This document shows positions 1 to 10,214 of a DNA stretch of 64,000 nt, piece by piece. Under the pieces are notes generated by a model, which was given only the letters and a program-made list of their open reading frames with translations, was not told the DNA's origin and ran no database searches. The number at the start of each line of letters is the position of its first letter. Position 1 is the stretch's first letter. The position numbers were made by a program, and so were the translations under genes. Origin of the DNA: an uncultured delta proteobacterium (GTDB lineage: Bacteria > Desulfobacterota > Syntrophia > Syntrophales > UBA2185); contig CAVOID010000005.1 in NCBI GenBank assembly GCA_963695875.1, positions 128,001 through 192,000 of the forward strand, given 5' to 3'.

Positions 1-705
1 TATGCAAAACGCGTCCTCCGACTACGGGAGGATGCCAAGGAGCGTGTCATACGGCTTAAAGACCAGGAATCAGGCCATATCTATGTATCTGCCAGCACCA
101 TCCCGGCTACGTACATCCTGCCGCATCTGTTGAGCAACCTGAAAAAGAAGCACCCCGACATACAGGTCCATATGCAGATGCACGACAGCTCGGAAACACT
201 GCAAATTGTCTTGAACGACCAGGCAGAACTGGGATTCATCGGGAAAAACCCGCTAAACAAGAAGCTGGTGGCGGAGCGTCTGTGGCAGGATGACCTGGTC
301 CTCGCTGCCCCTGTTGACCATCCCCTCGCGAAACACAGAACTGTGACAGTTGAAAAGCTTACCGGGATACCTTTCATCATCCGGGAAAAGGGGTCGGCAA
401 CACGTGATATTGTCGAGGAATGTCTGCAAAGACATCGTGGCACAAGCCTGTCCCGATTCAATGTGATCTGTGAAATGGGAAGTTCCGAAGCCGTGAAAGA
501 AGCCATCCTGGCGGGCTTGGGTGTTTCGATCCTGTCTATTTTTGCCATAAAACGTGAGATATCGCAGGGCCTGCTGACAGTCGTCAATGTCAGCGACTGC
601 AGGATGGAGAGGTATTTTTATCTTATCTACAAGAAACAATTCCCTTTGATGAAGTACCACAGGCGCTTTTTAGATGTTGTAAAGGGATATTCCCCGCTCG
701 AATGA
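1..705 (+). CDS. LysR-family regulator, 5'-truncated by the window edge (resembles selenium-metabolism-associated LysR)
   Basis: Frame is open from base 1 (YAKRVLRL...SASTIPATYILP...REKGSATR...MGSSEAVKEAILAGLGVSILS), matching a LysR substrate-binding domain of the CysL/CbbR-like type. Confidence 0.85.
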   Translation, partial: YAKRVLRLREDAKERVIRLKDQESGHIYVSASTIPATYILPHLLSNLKKKHPDIQVHMQMHDSSETLQIVLNDQAELGFIGKNPLNKKLVAERLWQDDLVLAAPVDHPLAKHRTVTVEKLTGIPFIIREKGSATRDIVEECLQRHRGTSLSRFNVICEMGSSEAVKEAILAGLGVSILSIFAIKREISQGLLTVVNVSDCRMERYFYLIYKKQFPLMKYHRRFLDVVKGYSPLE

Positions 706-721
706 TCCTTCCCGCCGCCTC
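471..721 (+). repeat. Direct repeat copy 1 (lysR 3' end plus 16 nt); copy 2 at 5115-5365
   Basis: 592-713 is identical to 5236-5357; the 5' part differs mostly at synonymous sites. Confidence 0.95.
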
Positions 722-1000
722 GAGACCCCGATTACGCCTGGGATGCCTAAATTCAATCATAACTACTCATGTATAATGGACGTATGAGCCAGGTCCGGTG
801 AGATCCGAAAAGCCGATTGCTCTCCCGACAAAACGGGTACTCCGGATATATCTCTTTCACGATCACTGGTGCCGGGCTCCATATTCTATGGCCATTATCT
901 CATTGACATGCAAGTCCGTTCTGCCTATACTTTTCTCGTAAAAAAGCAATGCTTATCAAAAAAATATTTTGAGGCCCTTTAAATCCAAAAGGGAAGTGTC

Positions 1001-2371
1001 ATGAAGAGATCCTATCTTTCAAAAAACATGGTTGATGCTAGTGATGCATCTTTTTTGCACGCCGTTATGGATAACCCCTTTGAGGGGATCCTGGCCATCG
1101 ACAATGCCGGCATCATTACATTTGTAAATTCTTTTTTCATGAATGTTTTCAATTTGTCACAGGGTGATGTAGTCGGTAAGAAAATATGGGATGCCCTACC
1201 GGGCTGCCGTCTTTACGATACCGTTCTTCAGGGGCATTCGCAGTGGGGTGAATATCTGAGGATCAACGAGCGAGATTTCATCATCCTGCGCTTTCCTCTG
1301 AAGAGCGAAGGGAAAATCATCGGTGCGGTGGTGAAAACGATTTTTCCCGACATGACAACAGCCCGCGGGATTGCCAACAAGATCATGCATCCCTCCAAAG
1401 CCGTGGAACCTCGGCGCCCCTTCTTCACATGCATGGATATTATCGGCGAAACACCGCCCATGTTGGCGGCAAAAAAACTGGCCCGCAAGGCGGCCAGAAC
1501 GGATTCCACATTGCTCATTACAGGTGAGAGCGGCACGGGGAAAGAGATCTTCGCCCAAGCCGTGCATAACCGCTCAGTGAGGAGAGACGGCCCATTTGTC
1601 AAGGTTAACTGCGCGGCCATACCGGAAAACCTTCTGGAGTCGGAATTATTCGGCTTCGTTGACGGATCTTTCACCGGTGCCATGCGAGGCGGAAAACCGG
1701 GTAAGTTCGAACTCGCCGAGGGAGGGACAATTTTCCTTGATGAAATTGGCGACATGTCGCTCGCCATGCAAGCCAAGCTCCTGACCGTCCTCCAGGAAAA
1801 AGAAGTGGAGCGGATCGGGGGCACGAAGCCGATCCCCCTGAACGTACGCATCACCGCCGCAACGAACAAAGACCTGCACAAGATGGTCAGGGAAGGCAGG
1901 TTCCGGGAGGATCTCCTTTACAGGTTGAAGGTCATGGAGATTCATCTCCCGCCCCTGAGGGAGCGGACAGAGGACATCTCGCTCATTGTCGATTATCTGG
2001 TGAAAAAAATTAACCAGAAGATCGGCTCCGATATACAGGGGGTTAACGCGGAATCACTGAAACGTATGATGAATTACCCTTGGCCGGGAAATGTCCGTGA
2101 GCTTGAAAATATGATTGAGCAGGCGACAAACCTGAGCGAGGAATCCCTGATCGATCTCACGGGATTATTAATGCCGGGTGAAGGATGGTGTGTCGAGGAT
2201 GATGCGCCAGAGGCGGAAGCGAAAAGTTTCCAGATGTCTGTCGCCGACAGGGAAAAGGACCTCATCCTTGATGCACTTACCCGTGCCAATGGAAATAAAG
2301 CGAAGGCAGCGCGACTTTTGAACATCCAGCGGTCCGTCCTCTATAAAAAAATGGCCCGCCTGCACATTTGA
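1001..2371 (+). CDS. PAS-domain sigma54-dependent activator (AAA+ / Fis HTH)
   Basis: GESGTGKE Walker A, GSFTGA loop, FLDEIG, WPGNVRELEN, C-terminal HTH, N-terminal PAS. Confidence 0.95.
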   Translation: MKRSYLSKNMVDASDASFLHAVMDNPFEGILAIDNAGIITFVNSFFMNVFNLSQGDVVGKKIWDALPGCRLYDTVLQGHSQWGEYLRINERDFIILRFPLKSEGKIIGAVVKTIFPDMTTARGIANKIMHPSKAVEPRRPFFTCMDIIGETPPMLAAKKLARKAARTDSTLLITGESGTGKEIFAQAVHNRSVRRDGPFVKVNCAAIPENLLESELFGFVDGSFTGAMRGGKPGKFELAEGGTIFLDEIGDMSLAMQAKLLTVLQEKEVERIGGTKPIPLNVRITAATNKDLHKMVREGRFREDLLYRLKVMEIHLPPLRERTEDISLIVDYLVKKINQKIGSDIQGVNAESLKRMMNYPWPGNVRELENMIEQATNLSEESLIDLTGLLMPGEGWCVEDDAPEAEAKSFQMSVADREKDLILDALTRANGNKAKAARLLNIQRSVLYKKMARLHI

Positions 2372-2385
2372 TTTATTCTTATACA

Positions 2386-2402
2386 TGTCCTTTATGGGGA
2401 CA
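2386..2402. promoter_or_regulatory. Candidate upstream activator site TGTCC-N7-GGACA
   Basis: Perfect palindromic arms about 140 nt upstream of the sigma54 promoter, followed by degenerate copies. Confidence 0.5.
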
Positions 2403-2541
2403 CATGTCTCCATTAAGGACTGCCAAAGGTGTCTATTCCGATAGGAAGACCTTTCAGGATCGGCTATCAACTATTTATTAACCATCCGTAATTGTAGTCT
2501 TATTACCAAAGCAGCCTAGTTTCTATAGCTCCGGGATGGCA

Positions 2542-2556
2542 TGGCATGCCCCTTGC
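2542..2556 (+). promoter_or_regulatory. Sigma54 (-24/-12) promoter
   Basis: TGGCAT-GCCCC-TTGC matches TGGCAC-N5-TTGC and lies between the activator and the CoA transferase gene. Confidence 0.8.
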
Positions 2557-2631
2557 CTACTGGGAGGATTAGGATTTACTGGACAATCGAACTGAGGTTC
2601 AAAAAAATACTAAAGAGGAGGGACTGAACAG

Positions 2632-4008
2632 ATGGCACACGACAAAAGGATTCTGAAGAACGAAGAGAAAATCGAGGAACTCAAAAAAACGATCCCGGAC
2701 TGGATCAAGAATCTTAAAAGGCCACCGACGCCTATTTTGGCTCCTAAGTTCGGGCCCCTCGAGGGCATCCGGGTCACCAGCACGGGGATCATCGCTGCTC
2801 AACCTTTTATGGCGACAAAGATGGCTGATTTCGGAGCTGAGACCATACATGTCGAGAGGCCCGGCGGAGACCCCTACCGGATCATTCCGCCCCTCATGAC
2901 GAGGGGACCAAGGGCTCATAGCTGTGATGCCGCGGAGATTACCAAGAATAAACTTTCCCTGGGCCTTGACATTAAGTTCAAAAAAGGGATCGAACTCCTC
3001 ATGGCTCTCTGGAAGATATCCGATGTGTGGATGGAATCGTCCGCGCCCGGCACCCTCGAGAGGGCCGGCCTAGCACCCGAGCTTGCCTTGGCGGTGAACC
3101 CCAGACTTGTGATCGTACGGGTCAGCACCTACGGGCAGTACGGCAAGGCCGACTACCTGGGGCGTCCGGGGTACGACGGCCTGGCCCAGGCCTACGGCGG
3201 AATGATGAGCATCACGGGAGACCCAAGCGGTCCCCCCCAGAGGGCAAAAACGTACACCGGCGACATCCTGACCTCACTGACGGGCTGGGCGGCCACGTTG
3301 ATGGCCCTCATGGTCGTCCAGAAGACAGGAAAGGGGCAGGTCATTGACTGTGCCCAGTTCGAAGCCGTTGCCCAGACCCAGGGAAACGTTCTACCTCTTT
3401 ACACCGGACAGGGGGCGACCTATGGGCACACGGGGAACCGGGCTGCGGGGTTCCAACCTTATGATACCTTCAAGTGCAAGGATGGATACGTCTTTATCGG
3501 GGCCTTCGGGGGGGCGATTTACCCCAGGGTGCCCAAGTTCCTGGGCCTCGATCCGGAAGTTTACAATTACAATGAATGCTCGAAGGACGCCGCTGCCGTG
3601 AACTCGGAGAAGGGCAAGGAACTCGACCGCAGGCTTCGGGAATACTGCGCAGCACGAACTGGTCTTGAAGTCGAAACGGAACTCAACAAGGCTCAGATCG
3701 GCTGTTCGAGGATTTTCGGCGCCAAGGACCAGTATGCCGACGAACATTACAACCTCAGGGAAATGATAGTGCCCGTCCTGGATCACCAGTCGGGTATTCC
3801 AATCCGGGTTTACGGCATCGTGCCTAAGATGTCGATGACCCCCGGAAAGGTGTGGAGAGGTGCGCCAGCTATCGGACAGGATACGAAGGACATCCTTTCA
3901 AAGATGATTGGCCTGCCTGACAGTGAGATCAAGACGCTTTTCGCCGAGAAGGTAGTCCACCAGACGGAACCTTTCACAAAGCCGCAGATTGAAGCTGCTA
4001 ATCCCTGA
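2632..4008 (+). CDS. Family III CoA transferase (CaiB/BaiF)
   Basis: GPLEGIRV, ADFGAETIHVERPGGD, RPGYDGLAQAYGG, GKGQVIDCA, PYDTFKCKDG, APAIGQDT. Confidence 0.93.
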   Translation: MAHDKRILKNEEKIEELKKTIPDWIKNLKRPPTPILAPKFGPLEGIRVTSTGIIAAQPFMATKMADFGAETIHVERPGGDPYRIIPPLMTRGPRAHSCDAAEITKNKLSLGLDIKFKKGIELLMALWKISDVWMESSAPGTLERAGLAPELALAVNPRLVIVRVSTYGQYGKADYLGRPGYDGLAQAYGGMMSITGDPSGPPQRAKTYTGDILTSLTGWAATLMALMVVQKTGKGQVIDCAQFEAVAQTQGNVLPLYTGQGATYGHTGNRAAGFQPYDTFKCKDGYVFIGAFGGAIYPRVPKFLGLDPEVYNYNECSKDAAAVNSEKGKELDRRLREYCAARTGLEVETELNKAQIGCSRIFGAKDQYADEHYNLREMIVPVLDHQSGIPIRVYGIVPKMSMTPGKVWRGAPAIGQDTKDILSKMIGLPDSEIKTLFAEKVVHQTEPFTKPQIEAANP

Positions 4009-4117
4009 TTCCTGCATTTCAGGGCGTTCGTCGTTAACTATTGAAACGGCTAATCGGGGTTATGGATCACGGCCCCCATCATAAGGGAAGGTTTGTCTCT
4101 GCCTCAGGAGGGAAAAG

Positions 4118-5056
4118 ATGAGAACCCGCATAACGGAACTTCTGGGAATACGCCATCCGATAGCTCTTGGCGGCATGGCCGGCGTGACGGATGCGAATTT
4201 GGCCGCCGCCGTCAGCGAAGCCGGTGGATTGGGGACGATAGCGGCGGCGAAGGAAAGCGCGTTGAGCCTTAGCGCGGAGATCAGGCGTCTGAAAGATTTA
4301 ACGGAGAGGCCATATGCCGTGAATGTCCCGCTGATGATAACGGCGGCCTCCGATCTGATCGAAGCGATCATTCAGGAAGAGGCTCCCGTCGTCATTACGG
4401 CAGCTGGCAACCCGGCCGCATACACGAAAACCCTCAAAGAAAACGGCATAACCGTTATTCATGTTGTGCCCTGCGTCGATCTGGCAAAGAAAGCGGAAGA
4501 TGCCGGAGTTGATGCGGTGATCGCGGAGGGGTTTGAATCGGGCGGATTTGCATCGCCCTATGAAATCGGGACACTTGCCCTGATTCCCCAGGTTGTAGAT
4601 GCCGTCAGGATTCCCGTTCTCGCCGCGGGCGGAATTGCCGATTCCAGGGGGCTCGCGGCCTGCCTGATTCTCGGTGCGGAAGGTGCAAGCATTGGGACGG
4701 CGTTCCTGGCAACCTGTGAATGCACGCGGATCGGTAAGGCCTGGCGCCAGCAGATTCTGAGCGGTGTTGACACAGCAACGAAGATCGTGGCTCGGGGGTT
4801 AATGCCCGTTCGTTTGCTGGTGAACAGCTCGTCACGGGGACTTGAAGAGATCATCGCGGCGGGCGGATCGAAGAAAGATATTCAGAAGTTTATTTTTAAC
4901 GCGGATTGGATGGGTGAAGACGACGGGCCGTTCCCCTGTGGCCAGGGTCTTGGTCTTATCGATACAGTGCGGACGGTCCGAGAGGTGATCGAAAGTTTTG
5001 TCTCCGGTGCGGAGGATCTTCTAAAGAGAAAAGCACCACAGCTCAAAATATCATAA
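4118..5056 (+). CDS. Nitronate monooxygenase / FabK-like flavin oxidoreductase
   Basis: MRTRITELLGIRHPI, AAAVSEAGGLG, AEGFESGG, IPVLAAGGIAD; the usual catalytic His of ESGGH is Phe here. Confidence 0.88.
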   Translation: MRTRITELLGIRHPIALGGMAGVTDANLAAAVSEAGGLGTIAAAKESALSLSAEIRRLKDLTERPYAVNVPLMITAASDLIEAIIQEEAPVVITAAGNPAAYTKTLKENGITVIHVVPCVDLAKKAEDAGVDAVIAEGFESGGFASPYEIGTLALIPQVVDAVRIPVLAAGGIADSRGLAACLILGAEGASIGTAFLATCECTRIGKAWRQQILSGVDTATKIVARGLMPVRLLVNSSSRGLEEIIAAGGSKKDIQKFIFNADWMGEDDGPFPCGQGLGLIDTVRTVREVIESFVSGAEDLLKRKAPQLKIS

Positions 5057-5114
5057 GAAGATCCGGGGGCTGATTCAATTTACACAAGCAGATGCCTAGT
5101 CCCGGATCTGCACA

Positions 5115-5349
5115 TGAGATGGGAAGTTCCGAAGCCGTGAAGGAGGCCATCCTCGCGGGCTTAGGCGTTTCGATCCTTTCCATTTTTGCTATTAAACGGG
5201 AGATATCGCAGGGCCTACTGAGAATTGTCACTGTGAGCGACTGCAGGATGGAGAGGTATTTTTATCTTATCTACAAGAAACAATTCCCTTTGATGAAGTA
5301 CCACAGGCGCTTTTTAGATGTTGTAAAGGGATATTCCCCGCTCGAATGA
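5115..5349 (+). pseudogene. Duplicated 3' fragment of lysR
   Basis: Encodes EMGSSEAVKE...GYSPLE, near-identical to the C-terminus of 1-705, with no N-terminal part. Confidence 0.9.
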
Positions 5350-5644
5350 TCCTTCCCCCCGCCTCTTAATTCCTTCACAGTTTGACCATTGGTTCAATGA
5401 CCTTAAAAAAGGAACGATATTAAATATATGAGAGTATAGGTTTTTGTTTAAAAGAAGCGAATTACATCAAGAATAATTTTAAGAAAATGCGTATTCTCTG
5501 AAAATTCCCAGTTTTCGTGCAAGAAGAGTGTAACCATCTTTCTGTAATGTTGTTTTCCTAATTCAGACCGCTTATATGACATTTAAATTGGTAATAATCA
5601 AAAAATCGCGGAATTATACCCTAGAATGTGGTACATGTTCTGAG

Positions 5645-5779
5645 AGCAGGTCAGTAAGGGAAACCGGACCGGGTCCTGCGATCATCAGACATATTATAAA
5701 CGCACACGAAGGGCGCATATGGGTAAAAAGCAAAGTAGGCGAGGTGAGCATCTTTACTTTTTGTTTGCCTGCATCATAA
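5645..5779 (+). pseudogene. Histidine kinase HATPase C-terminal remnant
   Basis: ETGPGPAIIRHIINAHEGRIWVKSKVGEVSIFTFCLP is a decayed GTGLGL...HGGRIWVES...FTFTLP. Confidence 0.7.
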
Positions 5780-6489
5780 TAACACCAATCTTAATGTACG
5801 GGTGCAGTGCCAGGCATGCTATCAAAGAAGCGAATGATTTTTTGAGTCAGGGCAACTACAAGGCGTCCCTGAGCAAATATGAGCAGATTATTGTACGATA
5901 CCCCAAGGCGAGCGACAGGGTCCTTTTTGAGATGGGTGTTATTTATGCGATTCCCAGGAATCAGCAAAAAGATTATCAGAAATCTCTGGAATGTTTTCAG
6001 AAACTCATAAAGGATTACCCGGAGAGCGAGTACAGGCAGGACAGTGAAGTGATGATATCTCTTATCAATGAGGTCACCAGGAAGACTTCTCTTATCAATG
6101 AGGTTACCAGCACCACACAGCAAAAACAGATTGAGACGCTCGAACAGGAGGTTATGAGCAAGGGTGATAGAATTTTTACACAGCAAAAACAGATTGAGAC
6201 ACTCGAACAGGAGGTTATGAGCAAGGGTGATAGGATTTTTACACAGCAAAAACAGATTGAGACGCTCGAAAAAGAGGTTATGAGCAAGGGTGATAGGATT
6301 TTTACACAGCAAAAACAGATTGAGACGCTCGAAAAAGAGGTTATGAGCAAGGGTGATAGGATTTTTACACAGCAAAAACAGATTGAGACGCTCGAACAGC
6401 AGGTGAAGGATCTCGAAAAGAAAATAGAACAGATAAAAGAAGTCGACATGAATTTAAAAGAAAAGAAAAAATCACTTCCTGAGAAGTAA
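5719..6489 (+). CDS. TPR lipoprotein with a tandem-repeat coiled coil (QseG/YfhG-like position)
   Basis: Hydrophobic signal with LMYG-C lipobox, TPR-like region (FQKLIKDYPESEY), 21-aa repeats, LKxxD-like tail (IKEVDMNL). Confidence 0.75.
   Translation: MGKKQSRRGEHLYFLFACIIITPILMYGCSARHAIKEANDFLSQGNYKASLSKYEQIIVRYPKASDRVLFEMGVIYAIPRNQQKDYQKSLECFQKLIKDYPESEYRQDSEVMISLINEVTRKTSLINEVTSTTQQKQIETLEQEVMSKGDRIFTQQKQIETLEQEVMSKGDRIFTQQKQIETLEKEVMSKGDRIFTQQKQIETLEKEVMSKGDRIFTQQKQIETLEQQVKDLEKKIEQIKEVDMNLKEKKKSLPEK
6115..6399 (+). repeat. In-frame 63-bp tandem repeat, about 4.5 copies
   Basis: Unit ACACAGCAAAAACAGATTGAGACGCTCGAA...GGTGATAGGATTTTT encodes TQQKQIETLEQEVMSKGDRIF. Confidence 0.97.
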
Positions 6490-6497
6490 TGAGGTCA

Positions 6498-6611
6498 GTG
6501 ACGGAAAAGCTTTTAATTGTCGATGACGATTTGAGTCTTTTAAGAGTGCTTAAGATGAGATTAGAATCCGAGGGCTATCAGGGTGACGCTGCTTCGGCTT
6601 GTGAAATTTGA
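6498..6611 (+). pseudogene. Response regulator receiver N-terminal remnant (GlrR/NtrC-like)
   Basis: MTEKLLIVDDDLSLLRVLKMRLESEGYQ then a stop after 37 aa. Confidence 0.75.
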
Positions 6612-6678
6612 AGAGGCAAATTTGCCGGTTGATCAGACAACATAACGACTGCCCCTCTTTGTTATGCACGCCATAAAA

Positions 6679-7158
6679 TCACCGCTTTTTCTTTTTTGAG
6701 TCTTTCAATGAGCATACAGTTTTTTGAAATCTGTCTTCAATAGAGCCTGGAACATTATACTGAAGAACTCGATTTGATATATATTGTATCTTTATTACTT
6801 CTCCTTTATTATTATATTCAATTATTTGTAGTATCTTAGTTGTTTTATCTTCACAATTAATTTCATTTAATATTAATGAATACAAATAGTTACGTTCGAC
6901 CGCTATTTGTTCTTTTTTTCTTCTTTTTAACTGTCTCACTCGAGCATCTTCAACATCTGGAACAATTTTTGCCCATACTAAAATAATATTGTTTCGTATA
7001 AAACGCATACTCTCTGCATCATAATACCATGACGCTTCTTTCATTTTCTCGATAGATGTCCAATCTGCACCAAGCACATCTTTTGAAGCGCAGAGTAATA
7101 CAAACAGACTGATGAAAAATACAATATAAGCCTTTGAAAAAGATCTCCGTTTATCCAT
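6679..7158 (-). CDS. Secreted surface-adhesin E-like protein
   Basis: Signal peptide, ADW...WYYDAES...VWAK...EINC...PGS...VC pattern; AT-rich. Confidence 0.6.
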   Translation of the reverse strand: MDKRRSFSKAYIVFFISLFVLLCASKDVLGADWTSIEKMKEASWYYDAESMRFIRNNIILVWAKIVPDVEDARVRQLKRRKKEQIAVERNYLYSLILNEINCEDKTTKILQIIEYNNKGEVIKIQYISNRVLQYNVPGSIEDRFQKTVCSLKDSKKKKR

Positions 7159-7609
7159 TTTGCCCTCTTTAAATAAAAAAAGCCCACAGCATTGGTTATG
7201 TGCTGTAAGACACCTTCCTGACCTCACGGTTTCGGACTCTATGATCAAATTATCCTTTTTTGCAAAATTTTGCAAATTTTAAGCATTCAGGTGCTATCAA
7301 CGACCGCCCTGCCTGAAAGTGTGATTCCTGTATTTCTTCCCTCGATACAATATTTTAAGTGGTAATCAATGTAAGACTAATGTGATTCTCTCCTCGGAAA
7401 TCGATATAATCGGAACTACCCATAACAAATAAGAATAATTAATATAGAATTATAGCTTATCTGAATTTGACATATTCGAGTAAATTTTATAACTATTTCT
7501 CGTCTTTAGACAGACAGTAAACCGGCCCAAAGGAGCATTTCTACGATCACTTTAGGAATATTTTGAAATTTTGGATTCAACGGATAAAAACTAAGGAGGT
7601 ATTTAAGAC

Positions 7610-8119
7610 ATGATGAAGAGGAGATTGTTGGCAATTTTAGTCAGCGCTATTTTTGTTTTCGGATTTGCGCGCGTCAGTTCTGCGGCCTCGGATACCAAAG
7701 AACTCGCCACTGAGAAGAGTGCTGTAACATTTGCGCGGGAAGTGGAAAGAGGCGGTTACAAGATCGTAACAACACAGGAGTTGAAAAGCTGGATTGACCA
7801 GAAAAAAGATATGTTGATTGTTGACACCCAGCCATACGAAGCCAGTTTCAAGAAACAACATATCCCCGGAGCGGCAAATTTGGAACTGCCCAGACCGGAA
7901 ATGACAAAACTCGACGATAAGACTAAATCGGCATTGGAAACTCTCCTTGGACCCGATAAAAACCGCATTATTGTTTTTTACTGCGGGTTTGTAGAATGCA
8001 CCCGGAGCCACAATGGGGCGATGTGGGCCACGAGGCTCGGCTATAAAAACGCTTATCGCCAACCCGGCGGCATCAGGGCCTGGAACGAAGCAGAATATCC
8101 GGTCGAAAAAGTCCAATAA
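7610..8119 (+). CDS. Exported rhodanese-domain protein
   Basis: Signal peptide, HIPGA, active-site loop FYCGFVECTRSH, PGGIRAW; RBS AAGGAGG. Confidence 0.9.
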   Translation: MMKRRLLAILVSAIFVFGFARVSSAASDTKELATEKSAVTFAREVERGGYKIVTTQELKSWIDQKKDMLIVDTQPYEASFKKQHIPGAANLELPRPEMTKLDDKTKSALETLLGPDKNRIIVFYCGFVECTRSHNGAMWATRLGYKNAYRQPGGIRAWNEAEYPVEKVQ

Positions 8120-8126
8120 GAGCGGA

Positions 8127-9183
8127 ATGGAACATTCCCAAAATGTCGAGGCATTTCTCGATGCCTGCACAGACTGTGCAGGATGCGGCTCCTGCGCCGC
8201 ATCCTGCCCCTTTCTCCAGAGGTACGGAACCCCGGATGAAATAATCACCGGTCATCCTCAGGATGTTTTTTTGTGTACAAACTGCGGTGTATGCAGCAGC
8301 AAGTGTGCCTTGGGTCTTTCCCCTGCAGAGGTGCTTTTTCAGACAAAGTGTGATTTGATCAGGACAGGAAACATTCCTGATACAGTCCGGCAAGCGCTGA
8401 GCAAGGCGCGCAGTTTTGCAGACACCGGACATCATTTCCCATTCGCCTATTATTCTACCACGGACACAGTCTTCTGGCCCGGATGCGGCCTTGCCGGGTC
8501 GTATCCAGCCATTGTCAGAAAGATTCCTGGAATCCTTGGTAATCACCTTGGCAGCAGGGTTGGTATAGTGCTTGATTGCTGTTATGACCCTGTATATCAG
8601 TTCGGCGATGTAGATACCGTAAGCATGGCCATGGAAAGCATCCGGGGAAATCTCAAAAGACACAATATCTCCCGTGTAATCACCGGCTGCCCGAACTGCC
8701 AGAAGATTTTCTCACTGTTCCTTAAGGACATAAGGGTCGAACACATTGTGGAAGTCATACCGCGGGATGCATTTACACCTGCACTAAAGAAACAGATGTA
8801 TCTCCATCACCCATGCCCCACTCTCCTGTCAGGCCGTATCAGACAGCAAACAAAAGAATTATTAGACCGGCAAGATCTAGCCATTCCTTGATTCTCAGGA
8901 ATTTTTATGCTGCGGATACGGCGGTGGATTATCCAGCATATCCCCTGCCCTGGCCGATCAATTTATCGACAGGATTATGCACGCATCGGGAGATAAACCG
9001 ATTGTCACATACTGCACCGGCTGTAAGAACCGTTTTATTAAGCGGGGGAAAAGATCATTCCATATCCTCGAATTTCTGCCCGGTATCGAACCGCTCCAAA
9101 AACCGGTCCCGTCGTTTCAACGGTGGATCAACAGATTTGTCTTAGTTCTTGCATTTAGATCATATTTTCGTAAGATATTATGA
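8127..9183 (+). CDS. Fe-S / CCG-domain (HdrD/GlpC-like) oxidoreductase with one +1 frameshift near 8888
   Basis: CTDCAGCGSCAASCP, CTNCGVCSSKC, WPGC, DCCY, GCPNC, HHPC; after the shift CCGYGG and TYCTGC continue. Confidence 0.8.
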
Positions 9184-9231
9184 GGAGGTGATTCCTCCAA
9201 ACAAGGATTCAAAAAATAGGACCATCAAGCA

Positions 9232-10188
9232 ATGAACGAATTTGATGCAAGGATTAGGGAAGTATTACCTGAAGGTTTACGAAGCCAGGGAATCAATACA
9301 CTTCAGGTCAATGTCGGTCGTCATTGCAATCTGGCATGCACACACTGTCACCTTGAGTGCTCGCCCGGACGAACAGAAATGATGCCATGGAAGATCATGG
9401 AGAAGATCCTGGGATTGACGGAGCTGAATGCGTTCAGGCTGGTGGATATAACAGGAGGCTCTCCCGAATTGCATCCGGATTTCAGGCGCTTTCTATCAGC
9501 ACTGCGGGACAAAGGACAGATAGTTCAAGTCCGTACGAATCTGACAGCGCTTATGGAACCGTCTGTAAAGGAGATCATCCCATTTCTGAGAGACAAGGAG
9601 ATTCAACTCATCGGTTCGCTGCCCTGTTATATGGAAGAAAATGTCAATGCACAGCGAGGGGCCGATGCTTATCAGAAGAGTATTGCTGTTTTACGCCTCC
9701 TAAATCAGGCTGGCTACGGAATCGCAGATAAACTTCACCTGAACCTTGTCTTTAACCCAGGCGGACCTTTTCTGCCGCCTGATCAATGTGTTCTCGAGGA
9801 TACTTACCGTCAGGAATTGAAGGAACGCTTTGATATATCGTTCAATCGACTGTTGGTGATGACAAATATGCCGTTGGGGCGATTCCGCCGGTATCTCGAA
9901 CAGGAGAGGGAACTGGCAGAATATGTGTCCATGCTCAAAGAATCCTTCAACCCATCGACAATTGACGGATTGATGTGCCTCTACCAGATCAGCATCGACT
10001 GGGATGGGGCCATATACGACTGTGATTTTAATCTGGCCCTCGGCACGACGGTCAATCATAGCGCGCCGAAAAAGATCGAAACCTACGATCATGCTATGCT
10101 GAGCAGGCGGGAGATAGTAACCGATACCCATTGTTTCGGATGCACAGCCGGGTCCGGATCATCATGCGCGGGATCATTGATTATATGA
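9232..10188 (+). CDS. arsS: ArsS-family radical SAM protein (arsenosugar / rSAM-SeCys family), Cys form
   Basis: TLQVNVGRHCNLACTHCH, DITGGSPEL, SLPCY, YDCDFN and the diagnostic tail HCFGCTAGSGSSCAG. Confidence 0.88.
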   Translation: MNEFDARIREVLPEGLRSQGINTLQVNVGRHCNLACTHCHLECSPGRTEMMPWKIMEKILGLTELNAFRLVDITGGSPELHPDFRRFLSALRDKGQIVQVRTNLTALMEPSVKEIIPFLRDKEIQLIGSLPCYMEENVNAQRGADAYQKSIAVLRLLNQAGYGIADKLHLNLVFNPGGPFLPPDQCVLEDTYRQELKERFDISFNRLLVMTNMPLGRFRRYLEQERELAEYVSMLKESFNPSTIDGLMCLYQISIDWDGAIYDCDFNLALGTTVNHSAPKKIETYDHAMLSRREIVTDTHCFGCTAGSGSSCAGSLII

Positions 10189-10214
10189 ATGTAAATAGCC
10201 GTGGAAGATCAGCC

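Noticed and set aside
6115..6399. Tandem repeat as a CRISPR array
   Set aside because: No unique spacers, the repeat is in frame within a CDS, and no cas genes are present.
8889..8891. TGA ending the Fe-S protein ORF as possible Sec
   Set aside because: The conserved CCG motifs continue in a different frame, so this is a frameshift rather than read-through.
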